Positions 34,590-44,613 of a stretch of DNA of 64,000 nt are shown piece by piece. The DNA is taken from assembly GCA_029557215.1 (NCBI GenBank), contig JAKPQQ010000222.1, forward strand, positions 18,481-82,480, in the 5' to 3' direction. The position numbers and the translations under genes are program-made. Numbering within the stretch: the stretch's first letter is position 1; the number at the start of each line of letters is the position of its first letter. The stretch comes from Fibrobacterota bacterium. GTDB taxonomy: Bacteria; Fibrobacterota; Fibrobacteria; UBA5070. The notes beneath the pieces were generated by a model, which saw only the letters and a list, made by a program, of their open reading frames with translations, was not told the DNA's origin and searched no databases.

Positions 34590-35846
34590 TCAAGGCTTCC
34601 GGAACGCCTCCACCATGGCCCCCAGCTCCGTCCCCAGGCGGGAGAGGACTTCGGACTGCTCGCCGACGAGTCTGGCGTCGCTTTCGATGACCGCAAGCGG
34701 CGCCTGCAATTCGCCGATCACCGATGTCGTTTCGGACAGCTTCAGACCGGATTCGGTGACGACCTCCGAAATCGTGGCGGCCTGTTCGTCCACGAACTTG
34801 ACGTTGGCGGAGATCTCTGCGATGGTTCCTGTCTGCTTGCGGACGCGCTCCTCGATCCCGCGCGACATCCGGTCGACTTCGTCGACCTTCCCGCTGATCC
34901 TCTGCATCGCGTCCACCGCAGAACGCGTGGCCGCCTGGATCGACACCACCATGTCCCGGATCTTCTCGGTGGAACGCGCGGTCTGGCTGGAAAGCTCCTT
35001 GACTTCCCCGGCCACGACGGCGAATCCCTTCCCGGCCTCGCCGGCCCTCGCCGCTTCGATGGTGGCGTTCAAGGCCAACAACCGCGTCCGCGCGGCGATC
35101 GCCTGGATTTCGGAAAGGATCCCTCCGATGGCTTCGGCCTCGCGGCTGAGTCCGACCATCACGTCCGTCGCCGCCCCGGCCTCCTCGCGCGCCTTGCCCG
35201 CCAACTGCACCTCGTCCACGCAGGTGCCGGCGACGTCGGTGAGCGAACGCGCGATCTCGTCGGCCGACGAGGAAAGCATCCCGATGCACGCCGACACGTC
35301 CTGCAGGGAACCCGAGATCCCCGCGAGATCGTTCGACGCCGTTCTCGTGGCCTCCATCACCTTCGCGGAAGTCCGCTCCATGGCCTCGATCTGCTCCGGC
35401 ATCCTGGCGGAAAAACCGGCCAGGTCGTTGGCGGCGGCGGTCAGCGGTTCCGCCCGACCGGCCAGAGGGTCGACCAGCGACTGGAGGCGCCCCATGACCG
35501 TGTTGAAATCGTTGGCGATGGCCACGATGTCGTCGTAGCCCTGGACCTCGATCCGGACCCCGATCCCTCCGCCGTCCGACGCCAGATGACGCAATCTGCC
35601 CGCAATGCCCTCGACGGGCGCCACGGCGCGCGCCACGAGCCTCCAGGTAACGAACCCCGCGAGCCCGGCCACCAGGAGGCTCCAGCCGAACCCCCGCCAG
35701 GACGCCCCCGCGAACAGGAGCACAGCCAGATCAGAAAGCACCAGTCCGGACAGCGCCGGGGCGAGCACGCGCCACCGGAGCCCGATCTTCCTCCGCTCGG
35801 CCTGGAGGCGGATCCACCGCGGATCCCTTTTCCACGACATCGACAT
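34590..35846 (-). CDS. Methyl-accepting chemotaxis protein without periplasmic domain
   Basis: LLALNATIEAARAGEAGKGFAVVAGEVK hairpin; two adjacent TM plus HAMP-like segment. Confidence 0.9.
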   Translation of the reverse strand: MSMSWKRDPRWIRLQAERRKIGLRWRVLAPALSGLVLSDLAVLLFAGASWRGFGWSLLVAGLAGFVTWRLVARAVAPVEGIAGRLRHLASDGGGIGVRIEVQGYDDIVAIANDFNTVMGRLQSLVDPLAGRAEPLTAAANDLAGFSARMPEQIEAMERTSAKVMEATRTASNDLAGISGSLQDVSACIGMLSSSADEIARSLTDVAGTCVDEVQLAGKAREEAGAATDVMVGLSREAEAIGGILSEIQAIAARTRLLALNATIEAARAGEAGKGFAVVAGEVKELSSQTARSTEKIRDMVVSIQAATRSAVDAMQRISGKVDEVDRMSRGIEERVRKQTGTIAEISANVKFVDEQAATISEVVTESGLKLSETTSVIGELQAPLAVIESDARLVGEQSEVLSRLGTELGAMVEAFRKP

Positions 35847-35866
35847 GGAAACCTCCGGCGACGGGT

Positions 35867-38266
35867 TCAGGACGCGAAGCGGCTCGGCAATTGGATGATG
35901 GTCTTCGACCCCGATCCCGGCACGCTGGTCAGGCGCAAGGTGCCCCCTTGCGATTCCACGCACTCCTTCACTGCCGACATGCCCACGCCGCGACCCGACA
36001 CGTCGGAAACCGACGATGCGGTCGACACCCCCGCCTCGTAGACGAGCTGGATCTTCTCGTCGTCGGACATCCTGGCGATCTCGGCCGGAGTGGCGACGCC
36101 GTTTTCGACGGCCTTCCTCGCCACCGATTCGACGTTGATGCCTCCGCCGTCGTCGGAAAGCGTGACCGTGACCTGGTCGTCGTTGATCGCGACCTCCAGA
36201 CGGATGGTTCCCCGTTCCGGTTTGCCCTTGGCCGCCCGATCGGAAGGCGACTCGATGCCATGGTCCACGGAGTTCCGCAGCATGTGGATCAAGGCCTCGT
36301 CGATGGGATTGAAGAAATGCGGACTCAGCTCGAGATGGGTCGGAACGACCTCGAAGTGGATCTGCTTGCCCAGCCGCTCGGCCAGGCGCCCGATCATGCC
36401 GCGGTACTTGTCGGCCAGGCGCGCCAACGGCACGTCGCGAAGACGCTCGCAGGCCATCGCCAGGGTCTTGACCGCCTCGGAATCGGCCACCACGGCGCTT
36501 CCGGAATGCATCGCCAACGCCATCCGGCGGACATGCTCGATCTTGCGCTCGGAAATCTGGACCAGGGCGTCGCCCTCCCCACCGCCACCCGACAACCGTT
36601 TTTCCGTTTCCAGGATTTCCTGGTAGGCGGCGTCCATCTCCTCGAGACGTTCGGCCAACGCACCCAAGGTGACGGTGGTCCGCACGGTGATGGGTTCCTT
36701 CAGGTCTTCCAGCAGGTCCTCGCTGTGGTGGGCCAACCTGCCCAGCCGTTCGAATCCGTAGGTGCCCGCGTTGCCCTTGATCGTGTGCAGATCCCGGAAC
36801 AGGCGCCCGATGTCCTCGGGTGACGGCTTGAAACCGGGACCGTCGGGGAACTTCTCCCGCGCCGCCGTCGCGCGGTCGAGCATCGATTTGGCGAGGTCGG
36901 TGAGGTCGTCCAGACGCTTGCGGGCGTCCTTCTGGAAATCCTTGATGACCTCGGGCAGGTTGTTCACCAGGCCCAGGATGGTCTTCACCTCGTTCTCGTG
37001 GCGCTCCTTCTCTTCGGCGACCACGCGTTCGATGCGCCTCGCCTCGGTCTCGTCCTGCGCCAGGACCATGATCTTCTCGACGTCGCGGTTCTTGTCGTAC
37101 ATGCGCTGGTAGCGCACGCGCACGTAGCGGGTCTGGCCGTCGGCGCCCGGGATTTCCAGATCCTGCACCGGAGCGACCTTGGTCAGCTTGTCCCAGCGCA
37201 TGGCCGCGTGCTTGGAACGGACCAGGTTGAGCCAGCCCACGAAGTCCTCTTCCTGCGAAGGGCTCAGATGCAGGGCGTCGCGGATCGACTGGAGTTCGTT
37301 GACCCCGAGGATCTCAGGAGCGGCCTTGGAGTGTTCCGGACTGATGTTGCCGTCGAACCCCACGACGAACAATCCCTGCTCGACGTTGTCCAGGATGTCG
37401 CGCACCTGGCGCATCTTGGCTTCCACGAGCTCTTCCAGGTGCTCGGTGTAGGTCTGCACGGTCTGGCGCATCGTCTCGAAGGTGGACGCGAGCTCCCCGA
37501 TCTCGTCGTCGGAATGCACGACCACGGGCTGCTTGTAGTCGCCGTTCTTGATGATCTCCGCCGCCGCCGCCAGTTCGCGGATCGGACGCGACAGGTTCGC
37601 CGCCTCGCTTCCGAACTTGCGAAGCGAGATGAGCAGGGCTCCGGTTCCCAGCGCAACCAGGAGGACGATCACCAGCGCGGTCCCCTTGCGGCTGCCGTCC
37701 TTCGCGGCCTGGATCGCCTCGCGCATGGTCGCGGTGGACAACTTGTACAGGATCCATCCCATGGGCGCTTCGGGATCGCCCACCGGGGCCGCGAACTCGA
37801 GAAGTTCGTCGGACACCCCGACGGTCCTGCGCGACTCGATGGCCTCGAGGGAACGGGCCCACACGATCGCCGGATCCCCGAGTTCCTCGGCCTTCGCCAG
37901 GATGCCGGCCATGCGGACGGAATCCGTCTCGTCGGCCGTCGCCCAGGGCATGGAGGAATCCGCCATGATGAAGGTCCCGGACACCACGTCGATGTCGTCC
38001 TTCACGGTGGACGCCACCAGATCCTTGATCTGCATGAACGCGTTGCCTTCCGCCATCCCCACCAGCGCCTGGGCGTTGTTGGCGGTCAACAGCCTCCCCT
38101 TGGCCTTGAGGGACGATTCGATCCGCATCACGGTCTCGCGCTGCGTCTTCCCGCCGAGGAACACGTTGAGGATCACCACCGCCAACGTGACGAGCACGAA
38201 GGCGGGCACGAGAACCATCAGCGATGTCTTGACCAGTTTTCCCTGGATTGTCGTTCGCGCGGCCAT
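35867..38266 (-). CDS. Membrane-bound CheA-like kinase (TM, periplasmic, TM, HAMP, PAS-like, Hpt, HATPase; no CheW domain)
   Basis: DEIGELA HAMP, LFRDLHTIKG, HMLRNSVDHGIE, SGRGVGM; ends directly after the ATPase domain. Confidence 0.88.
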   Translation of the reverse strand: MAARTTIQGKLVKTSLMVLVPAFVLVTLAVVILNVFLGGKTQRETVMRIESSLKAKGRLLTANNAQALVGMAEGNAFMQIKDLVASTVKDDIDVVSGTFIMADSSMPWATADETDSVRMAGILAKAEELGDPAIVWARSLEAIESRRTVGVSDELLEFAAPVGDPEAPMGWILYKLSTATMREAIQAAKDGSRKGTALVIVLLVALGTGALLISLRKFGSEAANLSRPIRELAAAAEIIKNGDYKQPVVVHSDDEIGELASTFETMRQTVQTYTEHLEELVEAKMRQVRDILDNVEQGLFVVGFDGNISPEHSKAAPEILGVNELQSIRDALHLSPSQEEDFVGWLNLVRSKHAAMRWDKLTKVAPVQDLEIPGADGQTRYVRVRYQRMYDKNRDVEKIMVLAQDETEARRIERVVAEEKERHENEVKTILGLVNNLPEVIKDFQKDARKRLDDLTDLAKSMLDRATAAREKFPDGPGFKPSPEDIGRLFRDLHTIKGNAGTYGFERLGRLAHHSEDLLEDLKEPITVRTTVTLGALAERLEEMDAAYQEILETEKRLSGGGGEGDALVQISERKIEHVRRMALAMHSGSAVVADSEAVKTLAMACERLRDVPLARLADKYRGMIGRLAERLGKQIHFEVVPTHLELSPHFFNPIDEALIHMLRNSVDHGIESPSDRAAKGKPERGTIRLEVAINDDQVTVTLSDDGGGINVESVARKAVENGVATPAEIARMSDDEKIQLVYEAGVSTASSVSDVSGRGVGMSAVKECVESQGGTLRLTSVPGSGSKTIIQLPSRFAS

Positions 38267-38302
38267 TTGGGTATCCTCCGGATTCCTGCTCGTAACCGAT
38301 TC

Positions 38303-39277
38303 CTACTCGAGAACCTTGTCGACTTCGCCCAGCTTGTCCTGCTGGACTCCGCAGCACGACTTCATGCCGCGGAGGTTCAGGGTCTTGATCACCGACAACG
38401 GCTGGTCGACCTTGGGATCCTCGACCTTCCAGCCCGCGTCCTCGATCTCCTGGACCAGCCCCGCGGCCTGCGCCCCGAGGGCGTAGTTGTCGGGAAGCAC
38501 CGCGAACGTCCCGAACTTGAGCTCGGGCTTCACGAGGCTTTCCACGCCCACCACGACCGGATGCTTCCAACCGGAAAGCCGGGGCAGCCAGACCTCCTTG
38601 ACCAGTTTCGCGTTGAGGAAGAAATTGTCGTTGATCACCAGGAGCACGTCGATGTCGGAACGCTTGGTCAGTTCCTTCAGGGCGTCGTTGAGCGCGGATT
38701 TGGCGTCGGCGTCGTCCGGAACCCTGATCCCCACGATCTCCACGTTCTCCTGGGCGCAGAATTCGGCGTTCTTGCGGATCATGTCGTCCATGGACGCCCT
38801 GTGGACCACGCCGATCTTCTTGATCGGATTGGACAGGAGCGAACGCAGGTTCACGATCGTCGTCACCGCCGGGATCTCGTAGTTGATCCCCACGACGTTC
38901 TGCACGTCCCGGATGGTCGCGTCGATCCGCACCCCCATGAGGGCGACTCCCGGCGTGACGGAATCCGACATCTTGACGCGGGCGTCCTTGAACAGCGCGA
39001 CACCGCGGTTGTCCATGGCGACCACGACCTTGGGTGCGGCCTCCTTCCAGGCCTTCTGCACTTCTTCGACGGAGGTTTCCTTGGTGACGACGAGCCCCTT
39101 GAGGTCGTATCCGTCGCCGAGCGTCTCCTGGATGCCCTTCTTGGCGTCGTCGAACGACGGGCCGGCCGGGTGCAGCACGAGGATCCGTTTCGATTCATCC
39201 TGGCCGAAGGCCGCCGCGCCCAGGAAAGCCGTGGCGACCGCGACGATCCAGGTCGGTGCGTGTTTCACTTGATCCAT
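38303..39277 (-). CDS. Periplasmic ABC-type substrate-binding-like protein
   Basis: Signal peptide; KKIGVV and LGAQAAGL features of the ABC_sub_bind-like fold. Confidence 0.7.
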   Translation of the reverse strand: MDQVKHAPTWIVAVATAFLGAAAFGQDESKRILVLHPAGPSFDDAKKGIQETLGDGYDLKGLVVTKETSVEEVQKAWKEAAPKVVVAMDNRGVALFKDARVKMSDSVTPGVALMGVRIDATIRDVQNVVGINYEIPAVTTIVNLRSLLSNPIKKIGVVHRASMDDMIRKNAEFCAQENVEIVGIRVPDDADAKSALNDALKELTKRSDIDVLLVINDNFFLNAKLVKEVWLPRLSGWKHPVVVGVESLVKPELKFGTFAVLPDNYALGAQAAGLVQEIEDAGWKVEDPKVDQPLSVIKTLNLRGMKSCCGVQQDKLGEVDKVLE

Positions 39278-39951
39278 GAGTCCACCCCCAGCATCTTCTT
39301 CTCGGCGGTACCGAGCGTCTTGAGCGCGGCTTCCAGCTTCGAGGCGTCGCCCTTGGCCGATGCGACCAGCAAGCCGATCTTGCCGTTGGCCACGTCGGTG
39401 GTCTGGAGCGCGGCCTGCGAACGTCCCTTGATCTCGTCGACCTGCCCTTCGCCCACCAGGATCGCGTCGGCCGACCCGAAGGTCAGGAGCGGAAGCAGGT
39501 CCTCCACCTTGGTCACGATCTTGAGCTTGGGCTGCGATCCCACCACGCTCTTGACGTAGCCGTTCATGGCGGGGCGTTCCAATACGCCCACCACGCCCAC
39601 GTTCGCCGTGGCCAGCGCGTCGGCCACCACCGGTTTGGTGGAGATCAGCACAGCCGGCTCCAAGGCGCCGCCGTTGCGGGCCCCCTTCAGGAAGACCTTG
39701 AAGTCCGGGAACTGCTCGGCCAGGGCCTTCGGGGCGAGGATCGCGTCGGGCGGGGTCTGCTTGATCATCGTGGTGAAATCGGCGAGGCGTCCGAACACCG
39801 TCACTTCGTGGCCGGACAGCTTCGCCTGGAGCGCGGCCTGGACCACGTTCGGCTTGGCCATGCTCGGGAAGAACACGTAGATCTTGTCCGCCGAGGTCTG
39901 GGCGGCGAGGAACGCCGCGGCAAGCCAGGGTACGGCTCGATGGAGTTTCAT
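39265..39951 (-). CDS. Periplasmic hypothetical protein, possible binding-protein fold
   Basis: Signal peptide MKLHRAVPWLAAAFLAAQTSA; overlaps both neighbours. Confidence 0.7.
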   Translation of the reverse strand: MKLHRAVPWLAAAFLAAQTSADKIYVFFPSMAKPNVVQAALQAKLSGHEVTVFGRLADFTTMIKQTPPDAILAPKALAEQFPDFKVFLKGARNGGALEPAVLISTKPVVADALATANVGVVGVLERPAMNGYVKSVVGSQPKLKIVTKVEDLLPLLTFGSADAILVGEGQVDEIKGRSQAALQTTDVANGKIGLLVASAKGDASKLEAALKTLGTAEKKMLGVDSWIK

Positions 39952-42071
39952 GCATCGACCTCCGAATAGATGAACCGGGTTGACGGAACCGCCGCGGACA
40001 GCGGCATCCGTATGACGAACGACGAACCTTTGCCGGACACGGTCTTCACGTGGATCGTGCCGCCCAGGCTCGACAACGCGTCCTTGACCATGTCCAACCC
40101 CACTCCGCGACCGGAGAATTCCCCGACCTTTTCGCGCGTGGTGAATCCCGCGAGGAACATGAAATCCAGGACTTCCTCGTCGCGGGCGAGCGCGGCCTTG
40201 GACTTGTCGATGAGCCCCTTCTCGACGGCCTTGTTCCGGACTGCCTCGAGGTCGATGCCCCGACCGTCGTCGGAGAACACGAGTTCCAGCCGGTCCTTGA
40301 TCCGCTTGTATTCCAACGTGACGATTCCCGTCTCGAGCTTGCCCGCGGCCACGCGCTCCTGGGGCTTTTCCAGACCGTGGTCCAGCGAGTTGTTGACCAG
40401 GTGGACCAGGCAGCGATGCAGGACCCGCAGGACCTCGACATCGATGGCTCCGGATCCGACCAGCGAAAACGAGGCCTTCTTCCCCAGGCGGGTGGCCGTC
40501 TTGCCGATCACGGACTGCAAGGTCCTGCCCAACCGCGCGACGTCCACTTCCTTCAATGCGGCCGCCGAGGCCGCCGCCGCCGCCAGCATCGAAAGCGTCG
40601 CCGGGTTCCAGCCGAGGTTCCGCCCGGCTTCGTGGACGCCCCACACGGACGCGGCCACGCTCTCGATGTCGGAAATCTGGGCCATCACCGCGGGAGCGTT
40701 GCGCACCACCTTCTCGTCGAGCTTCTCGTCCCTCTGTCCGAGCTTGCCCCGCAGTTCCTCCAGGCGCCGGACGTAGCCTTCGGCCTCCTCGATCCCCTTG
40801 CGGATCTTCTGGAACTCCTCCTCCTCGCCGTCGCCCGTCTCCCATTCTTCCTGGTCGCGGAGCTTGGCGATGTCGTTCTCGATCTCCAATGCCAGATTCT
40901 GGAGCCCCTTGAACTGGAACTGGCCGGAATTGCCCTTGAGCGTGTGCACGGCCCGGTACAGCGTGTCGATGAACTTGCGGTCGCGGTTGGCGGTCTCCAC
41001 GATGTTCTCGGCTTCCTTGAGAAGACCGGAACTGTCGTAGACGAAATCCTGGATCTCGTCGGGTTCCAGGTTCACGATCTGGCTCATCAGCTCCATGTTC
41101 TCCTCGTGGAGACGCGAGAGCTTCTTCATCTCCGATTCCACGCGCCGATTTTCCGTCACGTCCTCGACGATGAGCATCAGGCCGTCCAGCTTTCCGTCGT
41201 CGGAGAGCAGAGGGATCCACTCCGGCCGCACCACCACGCCTCGGCAGTTCAGCGCCTCGGAGATGGGACTCAAGCCGACCATGTCCTTGAACGGGAGCAG
41301 CCCCCACTTGTCGTACACGACCTCCAGCCACTTGTCCATGTCGGACACGCGCGCCGGATCGAACCCGAGCATCTCCACGACGTGCATCCCGGGCACCTGG
41401 GTGTCCTTGTCGAGACCCACCGTCTCCGGGGTCTTGCGCCCGAATCCCGGACGGATCCTGCCGTGGCGGTCCACCGTGACCAGTCCGGAAGGGAATGATT
41501 CGAGCATCGAGGCCACGGATCGCTTGGCCGCCGACGCTTCGCGCGCGGATTCGCCCAGCGCCTGGATCACGGCCTGCAGCCGTTCCCCCAGCTCCAGTCC
41601 CATCATGTTCAGCACGAAGAAGCAGTCCACGTCGCCGACCTCGCCCTTGAGCGTGATCTTGCCGGCGGGGACCTCCGGATATTCCAGTTCGCCGTAGATG
41701 ACCACGGGAGGAAGGAAGGTCAAGGCGTCGAAATCCTTCTCGAGCCCGGGGATCGCCTGCCCCACGGAGGTGTTCAAGGCCTCCTTGAGGAATCCGCCGA
41801 AGTCGCCACGCATGGACTTCAAGTCGTCGGCGCCCATGCCGTCCGACCAGGCGCCGATCATCCTGGCCGCGGTCTCCTCGGTCATGGAGACGGCGTATTC
41901 GCCCTGGATCGCCCCGGTGAAGTGGATCATCACGGCCATTCCGCGGTCGGGCGAGAACTTCGCCTGGCACAGCGTGGATTCGTCGGGGACCATCTCGCAT
42001 CCGACCATGTCGCGGATGTTCCCGCACACGCCGGCCGCGAATTGTCCGACATATTCCGTCAATGCAGTCAT
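39948..42071 (-). CDS. CheX-like - PAS-like - Hpt - HATPase fusion (CheA-like, no CheW domain)
   Basis: MIHFTGAIQG and EALN (CheX-like), LYRAVHTLKG, HLVNNSLDHG, SGRGVGLDMV. Confidence 0.85.
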   Translation of the reverse strand: MTALTEYVGQFAAGVCGNIRDMVGCEMVPDESTLCQAKFSPDRGMAVMIHFTGAIQGEYAVSMTEETAARMIGAWSDGMGADDLKSMRGDFGGFLKEALNTSVGQAIPGLEKDFDALTFLPPVVIYGELEYPEVPAGKITLKGEVGDVDCFFVLNMMGLELGERLQAVIQALGESAREASAAKRSVASMLESFPSGLVTVDRHGRIRPGFGRKTPETVGLDKDTQVPGMHVVEMLGFDPARVSDMDKWLEVVYDKWGLLPFKDMVGLSPISEALNCRGVVVRPEWIPLLSDDGKLDGLMLIVEDVTENRRVESEMKKLSRLHEENMELMSQIVNLEPDEIQDFVYDSSGLLKEAENIVETANRDRKFIDTLYRAVHTLKGNSGQFQFKGLQNLALEIENDIAKLRDQEEWETGDGEEEEFQKIRKGIEEAEGYVRRLEELRGKLGQRDEKLDEKVVRNAPAVMAQISDIESVAASVWGVHEAGRNLGWNPATLSMLAAAAASAAALKEVDVARLGRTLQSVIGKTATRLGKKASFSLVGSGAIDVEVLRVLHRCLVHLVNNSLDHGLEKPQERVAAGKLETGIVTLEYKRIKDRLELVFSDDGRGIDLEAVRNKAVEKGLIDKSKAALARDEEVLDFMFLAGFTTREKVGEFSGRGVGLDMVKDALSSLGGTIHVKTVSGKGSSFVIRMPLSAAVPSTRFIYSEVDA

Positions 42072-42094
42072 TGGACGCTCCGGGACCTGGGTGG

Positions 42095-42475
42095 TCAGTT
42101 GAAGACTTCGTCGACCGATTGCTTGAAGTCTTCCACGAACAGGGGGTCGGAGAACTTGAGGGGTTTTTCCACGTAGCCCTTGGCGCCGCGGTTCAGGCAT
42201 TCCAGCACCGTGTTCCCCTTGACCGCCGAGATGACCATGATCCGCGCGTCGGCGAACTCGGTGAGGATCTCGTTGATCGCGGTCTTGCCGTCCTTGTTGG
42301 GCATGGTGAGGTCCATGGTGACAAGATCCGGCTTGTGCTTGCGGTAGAGATCCACTGCCTCGTTGCCGTCCTTGCCGATCGCCACGACCTGGAAACCCAG
42401 TTGGGAGGTGAAGAACTCGGCGATCTGCTTCGACAGGAAGCTGGAATCGTCCACGATCAGGACCGTCTTGGGCAT
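42095..42475 (-). CDS. CheY-like response regulator
   Basis: LIVDDS, VTMDLTMP, EKP; GAAGGAGG RBS. Confidence 0.92.
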   Translation of the reverse strand: MPKTVLIVDDSSFLSKQIAEFFTSQLGFQVVAIGKDGNEAVDLYRKHKPDLVTMDLTMPNKDGKTAINEILTEFADARIMVISAVKGNTVLECLNRGAKGYVEKPLKFSDPLFVEDFKQSVDEVFN

Positions 42476-42594
42476 TGTTCCTCCTTCGGGCCGCACGGGC
42501 GCACAACTAGAGAGTCTGGATGATCCTACCGCTTGAAATCGAGGGAAGTCAAGGGGTAAGATGTCCGAAGCATCGCCTTTTCCTGGAGGACGGG

Positions 42595-43083
42595 ATGGAC
42601 ATCGACATCGGAGAACTGCTCACCACCATGCGCGCGAAAGCCTGCGAAGCGTTCAGCAGCGTGCTCCAGATCGAGCTCGTTCCGGAAGAGCCGTGGAACA
42701 TCGTGAACCGAGTGGAGAACCCGTGCGATTTCGGCGCCACCGTGGGCTTCGCCAACGAGGCGTGGCAGGGGGCGTGCACCCTGGGCGTCTCCAGCGCCGA
42801 CGCCGCGATCCTCTTCCCCAACCTGGACGAGGACATGCTCTTCGACGCGCTCGGCGAGATCGGCAACACCGTCTGCGGACTTCTGTCCGCAGACCCGCAG
42901 TTCACCGCCCTGTACGGAATCCTGGAGCAGACCCCGCCGCTGTTTTCGCGAGGCGGCGCCTGGCTCGCGCGATCCACCGGAGTCCAGGGGAAGCTCGCCC
43001 TGGGCGAGGCGCGCGTCATCTTCGGATGCACCGTGCGCACCACCGGACCGCGCCGGAACATGGTGGGTTCGCAACCGCGCTGA
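42595..43083 (+). CDS. cheX: CheX-family phosphatase
   Basis: DALGEIGNTVCG (ExxN motif); GGAGG RBS; divergent from the cheY-like gene. Confidence 0.75.
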   Translation: MDIDIGELLTTMRAKACEAFSSVLQIELVPEEPWNIVNRVENPCDFGATVGFANEAWQGACTLGVSSADAAILFPNLDEDMLFDALGEIGNTVCGLLSADPQFTALYGILEQTPPLFSRGGAWLARSTGVQGKLALGEARVIFGCTVRTTGPRRNMVGSQPR

Positions 43084-43104
43084 ACACGCCGCCGCCGGAT
43101 CGGG

Positions 43105-43785
43105 ATGCATCTTCTGGCGATGCGGACCTGGTTCGACGCCCACTCCCACTCCCGACCACCCGACCAGGGGGACGTCGCGCTCGTGTGCGTGCCGCCTGCC
43201 GCGCTCGGATCGCTCGCCGACGACGGATTTCCCGTCTGCAGCGGAGTCCACCCCTGGCAAGCGGCCGCCCCCGACGCGCGGGAGGGCTTCGAACGCGTCG
43301 CGATCGCCGCCCGCGGACGCCGCATCGCCGCGATCGGAGAATGCGGCTTGGACAGATTCCGCCTGGACGCTCCGTTTCCCGTCCAGTCGGAGATGTTCCT
43401 GCGCCACGCCCGCCTGGCGGAAGAGACCGGGCTGCCCCTCGTGATCCATTCCGTCAGGACGGATTCCGACATCCTCGCCGCGCATTCGTCCGTCCGCCCC
43501 CGGGCGGCGTGGGTGCTGCACGGATTTTCCGCCCGGACCGGGAACGTCGACAGGCTCCTGGAGCGCGGCATCGCGGCGTCGTTCGGACCCCGCGAGCTCG
43601 CGCGGCCCCGGGCGTCCGGAATCCTGGGACGGATTCCGTCGGAACTGCTGCTGCTGGAGACCGACGATTCGGGGATCCCGATCCAGGAGGTGCACCGGAC
43701 CGCCGCGCGCCTCCTGGAGACCGACGTCGACACCCTCGCGCGAAGGGTCGCGGGGAACTGGACGCGGATCTTCGCTCCGGCCTGA
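43105..43785 (+). CDS. TatD-family hydrolase
   Basis: DAHSH, GVHPW, IGECGLD, IHSVR, LHGF, LETD. Confidence 0.9.
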   Translation: MHLLAMRTWFDAHSHSRPPDQGDVALVCVPPAALGSLADDGFPVCSGVHPWQAAAPDAREGFERVAIAARGRRIAAIGECGLDRFRLDAPFPVQSEMFLRHARLAEETGLPLVIHSVRTDSDILAAHSSVRPRAAWVLHGFSARTGNVDRLLERGIAASFGPRELARPRASGILGRIPSELLLLETDDSGIPIQEVHRTAARLLETDVDTLARRVAGNWTRIFAPA

Positions 43786-43818
43786 TCGCGCAAGCGGAGG
43801 CGAACGGAATTCGCCGGA

Positions 43819-44613
43819 TCAGATCCTGCCCGGGGACGGACAGCGGGAGCGGACAGGACAATTCCTGCACGAACCGAGTCGTTCCTGGCACGCGGGCCCC
43901 GAACGCCCTCGGGCGAGGACCGTCTCCAAAGGCATCCACGCCGAGGCCGGATCGTCCGGGGCGACTTCGGACAGGATCGCGTCGAACCACCCCTGGCGCG
44001 ACCCGAGCGTCCGCGATTCCCATCCGGCCGGAAGCAGCGAAAGCGTCTTCAATCCGCGCTCGACCGCCGCCACCGGCAGCGTCAATTCCCGACGCGCATC
44101 GCGACCCCACGCCGCGGCGCCGCACTCCCCCCGCGCCATCCACCTAGCCAGCCGCCACCCCTTGATCCGGGAAGGCGACCGGCTTCCCATCCAGGGAAGC
44201 TCGCGCGCCATCCGGCCGACGAATTCCCCGGGGGCGGAAAAGTTCGACTCCCACGCATCCGCCGCGCCGTGCGCGCGCAGGAAGTCGGAGACCGCCAGCA
44301 CCCAGCCGGCGAGCGAATCCTTGTGGGGCCATTCGGCCAACCAGGCGAACCGGCAGGCCCGCTCCAACCGCGCCCAATCCGAGACATCCACCGACAGTAG
44401 GTGTTCGCCCAGCCGCGCATGGAGCTCCCTCACCAGCCTGGCCAGGACGCCGATGCCGATGTCCTGCCCCAGCACCGTTGCCAGCAGCGCTCCCGTCGAC
44501 CGGTCGGATTCCGGCAGCGCGGACAGCACGCCGATCCGCGGATCGCGGGCCTCGGCGAACGCCGCGACCAGGTCGCGCAGCGAATCGACGACGGGTCCCC
44601 CGACGGCATTCAC
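43819..44613 (-). CDS. Divergent DUF2400/TIGR02757-like protein with C-terminal Cys cluster
   Basis: GTG overlaps the psd stop; LARWMAR..W...LTLP...PDDP pattern; CQERLGSCRNCPVRSRC. Confidence 0.55.
   Translation of the reverse strand: MNAVGGPVVDSLRDLVAAFAEARDPRIGVLSALPESDRSTGALLATVLGQDIGIGVLARLVRELHARLGEHLLSVDVSDWARLERACRFAWLAEWPHKDSLAGWVLAVSDFLRAHGAADAWESNFSAPGEFVGRMARELPWMGSRSPSRIKGWRLARWMARGECGAAAWGRDARRELTLPVAAVERGLKTLSLLPAGWESRTLGSRQGWFDAILSEVAPDDPASAWMPLETVLARGRSGPACQERLGSCRNCPVRSRCPSPGRI

Noticed and set aside
38303..39951. ABC transporter operon
   Set aside because: No permease or transport ATPase adjacent; neighbours are kinases
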